The notes under the pieces were generated by a model. It was not told where the DNA came from. It worked only from the letters and a program-made list of their open reading frames with translations, and made no database searches. Source: Candidatus Woesearchaeota archaeon (GTDB taxonomy: Archaea; Nanobdellota; Nanobdellia; Woesearchaeales; JACJVV01). Taken from it: a stretch of DNA of 64,000 bases. The stretch is taken from the NCBI GenBank assembly GCA_047602755.1, contig JBLKOM010000004.1, positions 27,305 through 91,304 on the forward strand. Direction: 5' to 3'. This document shows, piece after piece, positions 31,501 to 39,001 of this stretch (position 1 is the first letter of the stretch; every line of letters begins with the position of its first letter). The translations under genes were made by a program, and so were the position numbers.

Positions 31501-32633
31501 TCCATTGCTCTAATTAACACTTGATTTGTACTAACCAAATCAGGAAATCTAACTGAAGTTGAAAATTTACCATCAAGATCAGATTGAACAGCAAATTGTG
31601 GATTATTAAAATCATTTACAAATACAAAAACTCTTGTAAGAGGAGTTGTTGTTCCATTGATAGGCATAATATTAGCATTCCAATTACTAGGTAATGATAC
31701 ACTTAATGTTGGTGGACTATTACTTCCACCTGCCAAAAAAGAAAACTGAGAAGAATTTCGACAATTTTCATACTTATCACAAGATTGTACTATATATCGA
31801 TAAGTATTACCACCTTCTAATCTATTCAAAGTTACTGTATGATTTAATCGATATCCAGATGTACGAGCAGTCATATTTAATGAATGACGGCCATAATAAA
31901 CAGTTGAATCTGCTTCTTTATTAGTAGTCCAATGGATAAGAGTAGACGTATTACTCATCCCTATTGCTTTTATATTAAACAGATCTGGTGGGGTTAAATC
32001 TGGTTCAGGGATAGAAGCAATAATTCCATCTGAAGGTGGACCAATACTTCCAGTAACATCACTTGCAGCAATTGTATAAATATATGTTGCCAAAGGAGTT
32101 ATATTCTTTTCATCTTTAAAAGGAGATCTTGTAACATTTGCAATATTCTCACCATTTCTAAAAATCAAATAATTAGCTAAATCTGTAACCTCATTTCTAT
32201 CAAGTAAATCCCATTCTATTTCAACATAATCTAAAGTTGCATTTATTAATCGTGCACCTGTTATTTGAGGAGGAGGATTATCACTAGGAACAATAAAAGA
32301 ACCAATATATGTTTGACGCAATGGATTCAAAGAATGATTAGACCATGCTATTATTTGATAAGAATAAGATTCTCCTGAAATCAAACCTGTCAAATCCACT
32401 TTATGACGAGTATTAAATTGACTTTGAGACTTTTCATTATTATATCCTGTACGTGAAACATCCCACAAAAAAGAATAATTTGTATTTACAGACGTATTCC
32501 AAGAAATATCTACATTATTACGATCAATATTTACAACAGGTTGAGAAATAGTAAAAGCTGTAACAATAGGGAACAATATAATTAATTCTATACAAAATAA
32601 GGCAAATAATTTGTTAATTCCATCCATCGACAT
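25584..32633 (-). CDS. giant (2,349 aa) secreted/surface protein: N-terminal signal anchor, about four FN3-like modules, Ig-like region, large cysteine-rich core of unknown fold
   Basis: This is a single uninterrupted 7-kb ORF with non-repetitive protein-like composition. The N-terminal helix is LFALFCIELIILFPIVTAF. FN3/PAP-N-like modules have W...Y.Y signatures (e.g. VSLRWDANN...FYRIYRN...YTYQVAAVN). There are dozens of N-x-S/T sequons and many Cys. A Thr-rich linker (TSTTDTSVPGTTTPTDT) precedes a C-terminal beta-rich domain. Confidence 0.8.
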   Translation of the reverse strand: MSMDGINKLFALFCIELIILFPIVTAFTISQPVVNIDRNNVDISWNTSVNTNYSFLWDVSRTGYNNEKSQSQFNTRHKVDLTGLISGESYSYQIIAWSNHSLNPLRQTYIGSFIVPSDNPPPQITGARLINATLDYVEIEWDLLDRNEVTDLANYLIFRNGENIANVTRSPFKDEKNITPLATYIYTIAASDVTGSIGPPSDGIIASIPEPDLTPPDLFNIKAIGMSNTSTLIHWTTNKEADSTVYYGRHSLNMTARTSGYRLNHTVTLNRLEGGNTYRYIVQSCDKYENCRNSSQFSFLAGGSNSPPTLSVSLPSNWNANIMPINGTTTPLTRVFVFVNDFNNPQFAVQSDLDGKFSTSVRFPDLVSTNQVLIRAMDFSGNTAERQFTVQVDATKPIVEMSEIPPLSLVASLPINGTISKDVTLNIYVETDYIGGIPPPSQVMNLVNQSVNSNSVSLRWDANNRSEDIQFYRIYRNSRAIGTSRSTSFSDCTMPETSYTYQVAAVNKNCDEGAFSNTVSVRTPAGTNCTTSVEYEDSCSSDTPVRSIRINQGDFRQSIPLEEGSNRIRLEFVDAGGNKVEVFGTTIYDRKDPTITWHNLRDLTPAYDDKVTVRGHVDEPATVAVTVNNDSTFIGRTDSNGNFSIEIELRKYNFEETTETTRAQDQITGRVTGYSVLDQPGAEGINRQNYYSYQTGGVDFETTRSTWIADDGAFRNRVEIMATDAVGRNSTVQRHDIEYRMCSYGSYWGINLSNPMPSMLNPRHLLTGVAQVTFNFDLEWLGGTGSFVDEEIPRPNINFRFRRISREDQADWDVGWFNDPPRVFMVPGSNNTQGYVVIQSKALDRSATDTNRYRRDLERAVREDEVEDFETLLQKEQKISDNRRGSDWTNNKSCMISQFGCVRLPVQIEIRFTDPVYQTNRDNLIGSTATSSGQITQRQCIDFEIAIDRRIDTNVIPESFLRTAIKFLNNTIQLIDNLLEPLNKIKEYTLYACMGSWVVMYVKAFQKRWNCEFGGGNIKDLITQTGFKSIVAEQGLCEFVYAERESEGGAFDLSIDDNPRLEACLKCANATKDFWDWEEKMQLLCDRIACPSAPSFMKYVRDAQRDRGRQQSVDIQLDGPDGATDRLSLTSRSDCAGIELSIEFIQYQYQIWKKYKEEGRDAVLFENPYFGVGTPAESNLPGVSGLDTKKVSCFDPRTPNPNCCVVEYMRKYDSVCGLQDGFLFDEMEESYCVAASFMAKDTLHRTETGITIPTPDFVFGTEEVDVNGVTEERRIIPLYSGEGNLIGSGDDFLGAVDYDKLCNSPARRTWNALAGICEANPAGNMQIVDTGLNYATESTGRYFTRVEQTPTTQTAPTFAERYNFLSAQRADPTVTVHNTIHPRDAGDFDGAHTIYIDSDCPQTLRSHDEHGIFYRVLPKRVQTAAGEDTSFDIAGEFIVHRGIILQNIDLDTSVVGWNSLLFTDGQGDSPVAANKVFRPLSEIPVDVFKVPEGTTIDSDSQLFNSYINPTGFAEFKRDLNHCASSGDQSRMTATDRSALVRDFQAYKQANKDRQIRDLKEELRDDRHNSGRVNGVTFSQIVAGHDGCTDDVLLRDCNISDDTEVLSTEFAKIFQEYEVDDRRAQEIYLKIQAALGLADKEKIVDPSSSFLRSVQCLCLPGITGYLKLWKAIMTAVKACLETILITGDGNPGICRAVLTRYVCDLIYDLIKCVANKYSLGHQRTIGTDSTPGNILGALTSAGRDVQRSIAGRYGSSSLFRAMFAERQLVHALCLWAFTGTFDFDFNAMVEGEFGDIPVDSQGLLSPCQRRFISYNSANGRATWNYYFGVGLVAGADLTYNLRLVCSDGWDCDYGYGNERCDCADRVRTKQVYLRGASSGMKRYDVLEEEADIMDTNSEVRYDKVVLEYTYTNKDRERVTSNISCNIREVGGGAPAFCQFDVGQGIYRCSLDIGHEDYAELTNHDDPKINSPYWRPGDYLSVTAFVNQVLPNTLECSSPESCPSTKWLSIEIYDEHTNTMLRDPLAVGSYRPVLINGQTAYSMPPSPIQLSQDLVTAASTTNFGCAVDPEESWITSCTNHNFNSLSDNFILEVSANIVKIENGEACKIKGTTNDCIFDSNSVSCTCSHQGKNFDITTRPSIDPGTPIDTTSKVIVKAQSSASSAVSDICHGKPENVWRITLRLYDSQENNGVYSISNKIHEGNSGQPQERTFSIRINCAGTSTTDTSVPGTTTPTDTFASFINTVSVGNQDVFSSGSKNSINLLAGTTYDVNVSSLIALAGVTYEIRRPDGTVDDWKVLQRENPGSAQGWITVGNQRWSPTIPGTYNMTVLASPLGAGGNARSEVFNIVIS

Positions 32634-32718
32634 TATATCTATATCCTCTTTTTATATATGTTATGGATATTTTTAGTAAAAAACTAAACAATCCAATTAT
32701 TATTTCTAAATCAAACAA

Positions 32719-34761
32719 TTAATTAATCTTAGGTAATAATTCTGTTGAAGTAATATTATTAATTTGAGCTATAGTCAAAGCAGCATGTTCATCAAGAGTA
32801 CTAACTAATGCTTCAATAAAATGGAAAGTAACAGTATTTCCCATTATAAGATTTGCCCTACGAGGCATCCACACATCATAATATCCACCACCAAAATCTT
32901 CTCCTTCAGCCATATATGTTATTGAAAGATCAAAATCACCGTCTGCAACAGGCAATGATATTGTATTAGGCTGCCCAGGAAATATTATAAAATTATCTTC
33001 ATATAAAATATCATCAATATAACCTATTATATTTATGCTAACAGTTCCTGAAGTTACATCTTGTGCAGGACCATATTCACCATCAGCAGGATTAAGACGA
33101 TGTTTTCGAAGATTAACATTAAATTCTTTTAATCTAATCATCTCAACGTCTATAATATCTTCAATTTCATTTTCAACAACATGAATTCCATGCATGAAAC
33201 CTTCTTTTTCTGCCATTATAAAAGGATTTGAACATGCAGTAGTCAAAGGAGTATAAAGCAAAGCATCACCACCAATAGCATTAGTAACACCTAAAGGACA
33301 TTTTTTATTGACACATACCATTGATATATTCACATCTGATAATGCAACAGTTGAACCTTTTTCATAAGCACGTATAACTGCATTTCTACCAGGATTTTCC
33401 AAACAAAAAGTATCTAATGCAGGTCCTGTTGGATGAAAATCCATAAATTGCTTAGTACGCATTCCTTCATTATTTCGAATTATAACAGGAAAAGCATATC
33501 TAAATGTAAAACCTTGACCTGCTAAAGCATCAGGGTCATGAATTGTAACAACAACAGGATAATTTATATCATAAGCAAAATGATAAATATTTATACATAA
33601 GAAACTCAAATAACGTTGTAAACCTCTTATATTATTAGACTTTAAAACACCATTATGACTTGGTTTAGCCTGTATATCCATACCATAATCATAAAAATAA
33701 TTAAAATCAACACTAAAATTTTCATATTTTGGGTTAGTATCAAGCATTGGAACACGATAGTTAAAATAATAATAAGCATCAGGAGGTAAAGATTCTGAAG
33801 GGGGAGTTACTCTACCTGCAGCAGCCTCAACTGCAGCAAGAAAATCACCATCAGCATCAAAAACATCTAATAAAGAAGGTTCTTCATAAGCAGCACGTAA
33901 TGCATCAGCATATTCTGAATACAACCTATAAACTGAATCGTTAGCATAAAAAGGATAATAATCAGTACCCTCAACTCTAATTTCTGGTAATGTATGATAC
34001 AGACTATCTTGCAAACTACTTCTTATATCAGAGATATGCCATGTATCACTACCACATTTAAACTCCATACCTGATAATGGAATATCATCATTAATTGACA
34101 TTAAACCAATAGTTATATTCTCTAAAAAATAATATGTGTTTTCATAATGTAAAATATATTCTGCAAGATTAAACATATCTTTGAACCTAACATCATAAAT
34201 AGTAAAAAAATTATCAATACGAATTTGAATAGTATTATCAAGTGTTGATATCTCCATTGGATAAAAAATATTAACAGATACATCACGTTCATTAATATTA
34301 ACTTCAGTTCTAACATCACTTCTTATTCTTCGAACATGAAAACCTTGACGAGAAAAATCCGCCTGATTTATGCAATCCAGAAATTGTTCACCAACATAAT
34401 CTGATAATTGCTGCTCCATAAACTCAAATCTAGGTATATAATTCATATTATCATAATACCAATACGGAAGCATTTCTGCACCTCTACCAAAACTTAACCT
34501 TCGACCAGGATTAACCATAATATCCACTGGAATTTCTATATACCCCCCTTGCCTTCCTAAAAAAAATAAAGCATCAAGAGCGGCGTTAGTAGCACAAAAA
34601 TCTAAAAAAGCTTTAGCTGGTTGTAAAGCTGGAGGAACAACAATAACATCATCCACTCTCAAAGATGATGAACGCATAAAAAGAGTAACAACTAATATCA
34701 AAAGAAGAACTATACCTACCATTAAGAAAATCGAAATCTGTCCCCTCTTTTTTTTAAACAT
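32719..34761 (-). CDS. 680-aa extracytoplasmic protein with class III (type IV pilin/archaellin-like) signal peptide, unknown function
   Basis: The N-terminus MFKKKRG/QISIFLMVGIVLLLILVVTLF fits the basic-G/Q-hydrophobic pattern cleaved by archaeal prepilin peptidases. I recognise no family for the rest. It lies 85 nt upstream of the giant gene on the same strand. Confidence 0.7.
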   Translation of the reverse strand: MFKKKRGQISIFLMVGIVLLLILVVTLFMRSSSLRVDDVIVVPPALQPAKAFLDFCATNAALDALFFLGRQGGYIEIPVDIMVNPGRRLSFGRGAEMLPYWYYDNMNYIPRFEFMEQQLSDYVGEQFLDCINQADFSRQGFHVRRIRSDVRTEVNINERDVSVNIFYPMEISTLDNTIQIRIDNFFTIYDVRFKDMFNLAEYILHYENTYYFLENITIGLMSINDDIPLSGMEFKCGSDTWHISDIRSSLQDSLYHTLPEIRVEGTDYYPFYANDSVYRLYSEYADALRAAYEEPSLLDVFDADGDFLAAVEAAAGRVTPPSESLPPDAYYYFNYRVPMLDTNPKYENFSVDFNYFYDYGMDIQAKPSHNGVLKSNNIRGLQRYLSFLCINIYHFAYDINYPVVVTIHDPDALAGQGFTFRYAFPVIIRNNEGMRTKQFMDFHPTGPALDTFCLENPGRNAVIRAYEKGSTVALSDVNISMVCVNKKCPLGVTNAIGGDALLYTPLTTACSNPFIMAEKEGFMHGIHVVENEIEDIIDVEMIRLKEFNVNLRKHRLNPADGEYGPAQDVTSGTVSINIIGYIDDILYEDNFIIFPGQPNTISLPVADGDFDLSITYMAEGEDFGGGYYDVWMPRRANLIMGNTVTFHFIEALVSTLDEHAALTIAQINNITSTELLPKIN

Positions 34762-34784
34762 TATATCAAGAAATCAGATTTTCA

Positions 34785-34796
34785 CATTTATAAATG
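34785..34796 (-). promoter_or_regulatory. candidate TATA box (palindromic CATTTATAAATG) for the 680-aa/giant gene pair
   Basis: It is centred about 29 nt upstream of the ATG at 34761, consistent with an archaeal promoter driving a leaderless or short-leader mRNA. AT-rich DNA makes chance matches likely. Confidence 0.35.
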
Positions 34797-34869
34797 TTTT
34801 TAATCATTATCATAGAAAAATGATAACCAAACAAATATCAAAATAAGACAAAAATCCCAATAATCAAAT

Positions 34870-35358
34870 TTAATCTTTAGAAATAATTTCATCAACATCT
34901 TCATCAGGTGTTGATAATCTTAATGGTTTTCTACTTTCCTCACGTAATTCAATCTGATCAACAAGAATATCAAACAATTGAGGTTCAATTTTAAGTATAT
35001 CTTTATCTGTTAATATACCAACAAATTTACCTTCGTTAACAACAGGCATTCTTCTAACATTAAGATCTCTCATTTTCATAATTGCTTCAAAAATATCATT
35101 ATTTGCTTCAATAGTCCGAACATTTTTTGACATAACTTCCTTAACCTTAATCTTAGTATAATCTTTATTATCAGCTAATATCTTATGAACCATGTCTTGT
35201 TCAGTACATATTCCTAAAACATTATCTCCATCTACAACTAAAACTCCACCCACATCATGTTCTTTCATAGTAATAGCACAAACTGCAATAGAATCATCAG
35301 GATTAACACTAACTGGCTCATGTGTCATTGCTTCAAAAACTCTTATTCCTGTTTTCAT
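34870..35358 (-). CDS. CBS domain pair protein
   Basis: 162 aa with two tandem CBS motifs (VMTHEPVSV...GGVLVVD; VMSKNVRTI...RRMPVVNEGKFVGILTDKDIL). Confidence 0.85.
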   Translation of the reverse strand: MKTGIRVFEAMTHEPVSVNPDDSIAVCAITMKEHDVGGVLVVDGDNVLGICTEQDMVHKILADNKDYTKIKVKEVMSKNVRTIEANNDIFEAIMKMRDLNVRRMPVVNEGKFVGILTDKDILKIEPQLFDILVDQIELREESRKPLRLSTPDEDVDEIISKD

Positions 35359-35456
35359 AAAAACAAAAGAATATTATTAATTTAAAAATATTTCTTAAAG
35401 ATAGAATATATAAATTAAATATGAAAGAAAAAATGTAAAAAGAACAATTTCTATAT

Positions 35457-36002
35457 TTATACTGTAATTATTTTAATATCTAATTTTCTAAGAAAATTAG
35501 TGATATAAATTTTATAATTTCCAATATCCTGCATTTTTTCATCAATCTCAGTAACATATTTTTTAATATTCTTTTTTTGATTTTTTACAAAACAAGATAA
35601 AGATTTATCCCTAGATCTATAAGAGCAATTATCAAGAAAAGATTGAAAACTAGATTGAAAATAAGAGAATTGCTCATCATAAATTTCAACTCTACTCAAA
35701 AAAATATCAAAGTTAAGAACTAAAGAATCATCAGTTTCAGTTTTAGAAGATTCTGATAACCAAGTTGAAAATTCTCTGACAAAAATAGAATATGAAGAAC
35801 GTATAGCTAAATACTGCTCGATTAATGATTGAGTATCTAAAATACGTGACAACCCATTAGAATAAGCTAAATTTAAATCAGGAATATAAGCATCTAAAGA
35901 ATCAGGACTGAGTAATAATAAACCATCTTGATGATTTCTAACTTCACTTGAATTAGCAAAAAAAGATATTAATTCTTCTAAATCATTCTCAAATACCATC
36001 AA
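35457..36002 (-). CDS. hypothetical protein
   Basis: 181-aa ORF on the same strand as the flanking genes. I recognise no family. Confidence 0.4.
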   Translation of the reverse strand: MMVFENDLEELISFFANSSEVRNHQDGLLLLSPDSLDAYIPDLNLAYSNGLSRILDTQSLIEQYLAIRSSYSIFVREFSTWLSESSKTETDDSLVLNFDIFLSRVEIYDEQFSYFQSSFQSFLDNCSYRSRDKSLSCFVKNQKKNIKKYVTEIDEKMQDIGNYKIYITNFLRKLDIKIITV

Positions 36003-36074
36003 GATGAAGTTATTTAGTCTATTTTAAATGTATCGAAAATTAATTAAAAAAGAATAGGACAATAAACAACAAAA

Positions 36075-37088
36075 TTAGATTATAATACCCTCAGAAGTTG
36101 ATGCCTTTAAAGAATCACCAATCCCTCTTCCAATACTATAAGCACGTCCTTGCTGAGATGCTGAAAATAAATCAAATAAGCTTGTTCTTTTTCTATATTC
36201 AACAACGTTTACATTAAAACCAAGCTGTTCTTCAAGATAAATAATTGCTTCTTTCTTTCCACCTAGATCATCAATTAATCCTAAATCTAATCCTTGTAAA
36301 CCTGTAACAAACATTCCATTTGCAAGTTCTTCAACTTCCTCAAATGACATATTACGATTTTCTGCGATCTCAGCTATAAATATGTGATGAATCTGATTTA
36401 ATTGTTCTTGAAATAATTCACGCTCAGTTCTTGTAGGTTCTCTAAATGGTGAACCAAAGTCTTTGTAATCACCTGCAACAAACCTTTGATAGCTAACATT
36501 ATAATTCTCAAGTAAACCTGAAAATTCAAGATAAGACGCAATAACACCAATACTTCCAACTAATGATAATCTATTAGCGATTACATGATCAGTACTTGAA
36601 GCTATCCAATATGCTGCACTTGTTCCAATATTTCTTACATAAGCGACTGTAGGTTTACCTAAAGATTTAATTGCAAGACTTATCTCATCAGCAGCAACTC
36701 CACTACCACCTGGAGAATTTATTTCAAACATTATAGCTTTAATTTTTTCATCCTTTGCAAGCTTTTCTAATTGATTAACAATAGCAGTTGAAGATGTACC
36801 CTCAGAACCACTAAACAAACTTGATGAAGTTTCAGTTAATATAGGACCGTTAATTTTAATTAAAGCAACATTCCCATCAGAACTTGTAGCATAAAAATCA
36901 TCTGAAGAAGAAATAGCACCAAATAAAATACTTAATATCCCTGCAAATATCATTGCAGAAAATGCTAATAATAGTATTGTAATTATAATAAAAATCCATT
37001 TTCCAATCTTAGATTTATGACTTGTTGAATTATTTTTATTTCCTGAAAACTTAATTCCTTGATTATTTTGATTTGCCATACGTACCAC
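36075..37088 (-). CDS. sppA: signal peptide peptidase SppA (S49, 36K type)
   Basis: 337 aa with an N-terminal TM. It has S49 blocks INSPGGSGVAADEI, GTSAAYWIASSTDHVIA and LVGSIGV. Confidence 0.85.
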   Translation of the reverse strand: MVRMANQNNQGIKFSGNKNNSTSHKSKIGKWIFIIITILLLAFSAMIFAGILSILFGAISSSDDFYATSSDGNVALIKINGPILTETSSSLFSGSEGTSSTAIVNQLEKLAKDEKIKAIMFEINSPGGSGVAADEISLAIKSLGKPTVAYVRNIGTSAAYWIASSTDHVIANRLSLVGSIGVIASYLEFSGLLENYNVSYQRFVAGDYKDFGSPFREPTRTERELFQEQLNQIHHIFIAEIAENRNMSFEEVEELANGMFVTGLQGLDLGLIDDLGGKKEAIIYLEEQLGFNVNVVEYRKRTSLFDLFSASQQGRAYSIGRGIGDSLKASTSEGIII

Positions 37089-37580
37089 CTATATTAAATC
37101 AGTTTGAACAGTTTTTGTTTTTGATAAAACTTCTAGTAATCTTTGTTTTTGTGGATTAAAATAAACCCAAGCCACATCTATTGCAAAACCAATTGGAAAT
37201 ACAAAAAGTAAAAATACATGTAGACTTCTTAAAAAAGATTTCTTAAAAGTCATAACAGACTTATCTAATGTAACAATGTTTATGTTAAAAAATATTTTAC
37301 CGATTGAAGAAAATCTTGTTTCAATTATTGCAAAATATAATGTTGCAAATATACCCATAAAAGCTGCAATATAAATTAATGCTGATAAGCTTACAGCACC
37401 ACTTGAAAATAAAGCAAGCATTTCAGTAAAACTATCATATTTAACCATTCTATTAACTAAATTATTGAATGGGAATAATATTAAAGAATTTATAATAAAG
37501 TAATCAATTATAAATGCTAAAGAACGCTTCCATATTGGAGCTTCAACAACAATTTTTTTCAAACGATTTACCATAAACAA
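37089..37580 (-). CDS. RDD family membrane protein
   Basis: 163 aa. It has an N-terminal WKRSLAFIIDYFII motif, three TM segments and a C-terminal Q(R)L.E...KT pattern typical of RDD domains. It abuts the sppA start with no gap. Confidence 0.55.
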   Translation of the reverse strand: MFMVNRLKKIVVEAPIWKRSLAFIIDYFIINSLILFPFNNLVNRMVKYDSFTEMLALFSSGAVSLSALIYIAAFMGIFATLYFAIIETRFSSIGKIFFNINIVTLDKSVMTFKKSFLRSLHVFLLFVFPIGFAIDVAWVYFNPQKQRLLEVLSKTKTVQTDLI

Positions 37581-37597
37581 ATTTAGAATACCACTAT

Positions 37598-38791
37598 TTA
37601 TAAAACTTTTTTAAGTTTAAAAAATAATTTTTGCTCTGCTGATTTTTGAATTTGACGAATCCTCTCTCTTGTAATATTAAAAATTTTACCAACCTCTGCT
37701 AAAGTTTTATCTTCACCATCAAAACCATGTCGAAGTTCAAGTATTCTAACCTCTCTATCATCTAGAACTCCAGAATAGAGTAAATCTCGTATTTTCTCAT
37801 GATTATCTAACGTTTCAGAAACCTCAGAAGAATCAACTGAATTATTATCTGCAACAAAATTGATTAATTCAACATCATCATCACCAACTTTCGCATTCAA
37901 TCGACTGACCCTACGCATATTATTATATCTTTGATATTTCTTCAGTACAGACAATGAAACATTTAATCTATTTGCAACATCTTGGTCATCGGCAACTCCA
38001 AATTCTGATTCCAGTTCTGCAACCACACGATTCATCTTTGCTAATTTATCAATCATATGTGTGGGTATTTTATAATCACTATTTCCTGCCAATGCTCTTT
38101 TTATACGTTGTCTAATCCACCATGAAGCGTATGTTGAAAATTTTCCCCTACCTGGTTCAAATCTATCGATTGCAACTCTTAATCCAATATTTCCTTCCTG
38201 ATACAAATCCAGCAAATGAATTCCCCAATTTTTATATGGATTAGCAATTTTAACAACTAAACGCAAATTAGAATTGTATAATTCATCTCTTGCAGCTAAA
38301 TAATTATCACGAGAATAACAATATTCGGCTACAGACTTTGTTAATTTATCTAAATCCATTCCTGTTTTTCTAGCTACTTTTCTAGGAGTTGTTTCCAATA
38401 ATTTTTCAAGGCTATCACCAGCATCAATTACAATTTCAGTTGGTACATCAATTTCATCCAAAACCTCACAAGCCTTTGATTTCCAATAATGAGAATTACC
38501 ATTTGCACTAAGAATTGATTCAGCAATATAAAACAAATTTTCATGTTCTTTATTTAGTCTTTTTACATAAGGTAAATCTGAATTAGATTGTTCTAACAAC
38601 TGATGTAAACAATAACTTGTTGAGAAAACAAATTTTTTAATTAAAAATTTATTTTTTTGAATCACAGATGCTAATTCTTGCTCCCTTTGAATAGTAAGCA
38701 AATCATGTTGAGCTATTTCAGATAAATACCTTGCAATTCCCTTTTCTTGAATATCAGACCCATATACCATAACAATAAGAGTAATTGCCAC
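37598..38791 (-). CDS. bacterial-type RNA polymerase sigma-70 family factor (RpoD-like; regions 1.2, 2, 3, 4)
   Basis: Region 1.2 reads IARYLSEIAQHDLLTIQREQELA. Region 2 reads NLRLVVKIANPY...LLDLYQEGNIGLRVAIDRFEPGRGKFSTYASWWIRQRIKRAL. Region 3 reads KIPTHMIDKLAKMNR. Region 4.2 reads TLAEVGKIFNITRERIRQIQKSAEQKL. The track start is GTG. The ATG at 38770 is more likely, with a TTATAAAT box at 38793-38800. Confidence 0.85.
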   Translation of the reverse strand: MAITLIVMVYGSDIQEKGIARYLSEIAQHDLLTIQREQELASVIQKNKFLIKKFVFSTSYCLHQLLEQSNSDLPYVKRLNKEHENLFYIAESILSANGNSHYWKSKACEVLDEIDVPTEIVIDAGDSLEKLLETTPRKVARKTGMDLDKLTKSVAEYCYSRDNYLAARDELYNSNLRLVVKIANPYKNWGIHLLDLYQEGNIGLRVAIDRFEPGRGKFSTYASWWIRQRIKRALAGNSDYKIPTHMIDKLAKMNRVVAELESEFGVADDQDVANRLNVSLSVLKKYQRYNNMRRVSRLNAKVGDDDVELINFVADNNSVDSSEVSETLDNHEKIRDLLYSGVLDDREVRILELRHGFDGEDKTLAEVGKIFNITRERIRQIQKSAEQKLFFKLKKVL

Positions 38792-39001
38792 CTTATAAAT
38801 ATTAAGAAATATATAATAAAATTATGCATCAATAATAAATATATTAGATTGAATAAAATAATCAATGATTCTAAATTAATAGCATTTATATACTACTTCT
38901 AGTTCCCTGAAATACAAGATATCTAAAAAGAAATCAATATATTACCATTAATCAAAAATTAATGTAACAAATATTGATAATACAAATATGGAGGTATTAA
39001 A

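Noticed and set aside
25890-31924. Ten short ORFs of 64-102 aa on both strands inside the giant gene. Examples are 25890-26084, 28076-28276, 28314-28622, 28619-28828, 29006-29209, 29209-29514, 30062-30292, 30963-31178, 31034-31252 and 31694-31924.
   Set aside because: All are nested in, or antisense to, a 7-kb uninterrupted ORF. Their translations are low-complexity or rich in Cys, Ser, Leu and Ile, with no protein-like pattern. They are most simply explained as chance ORFs.
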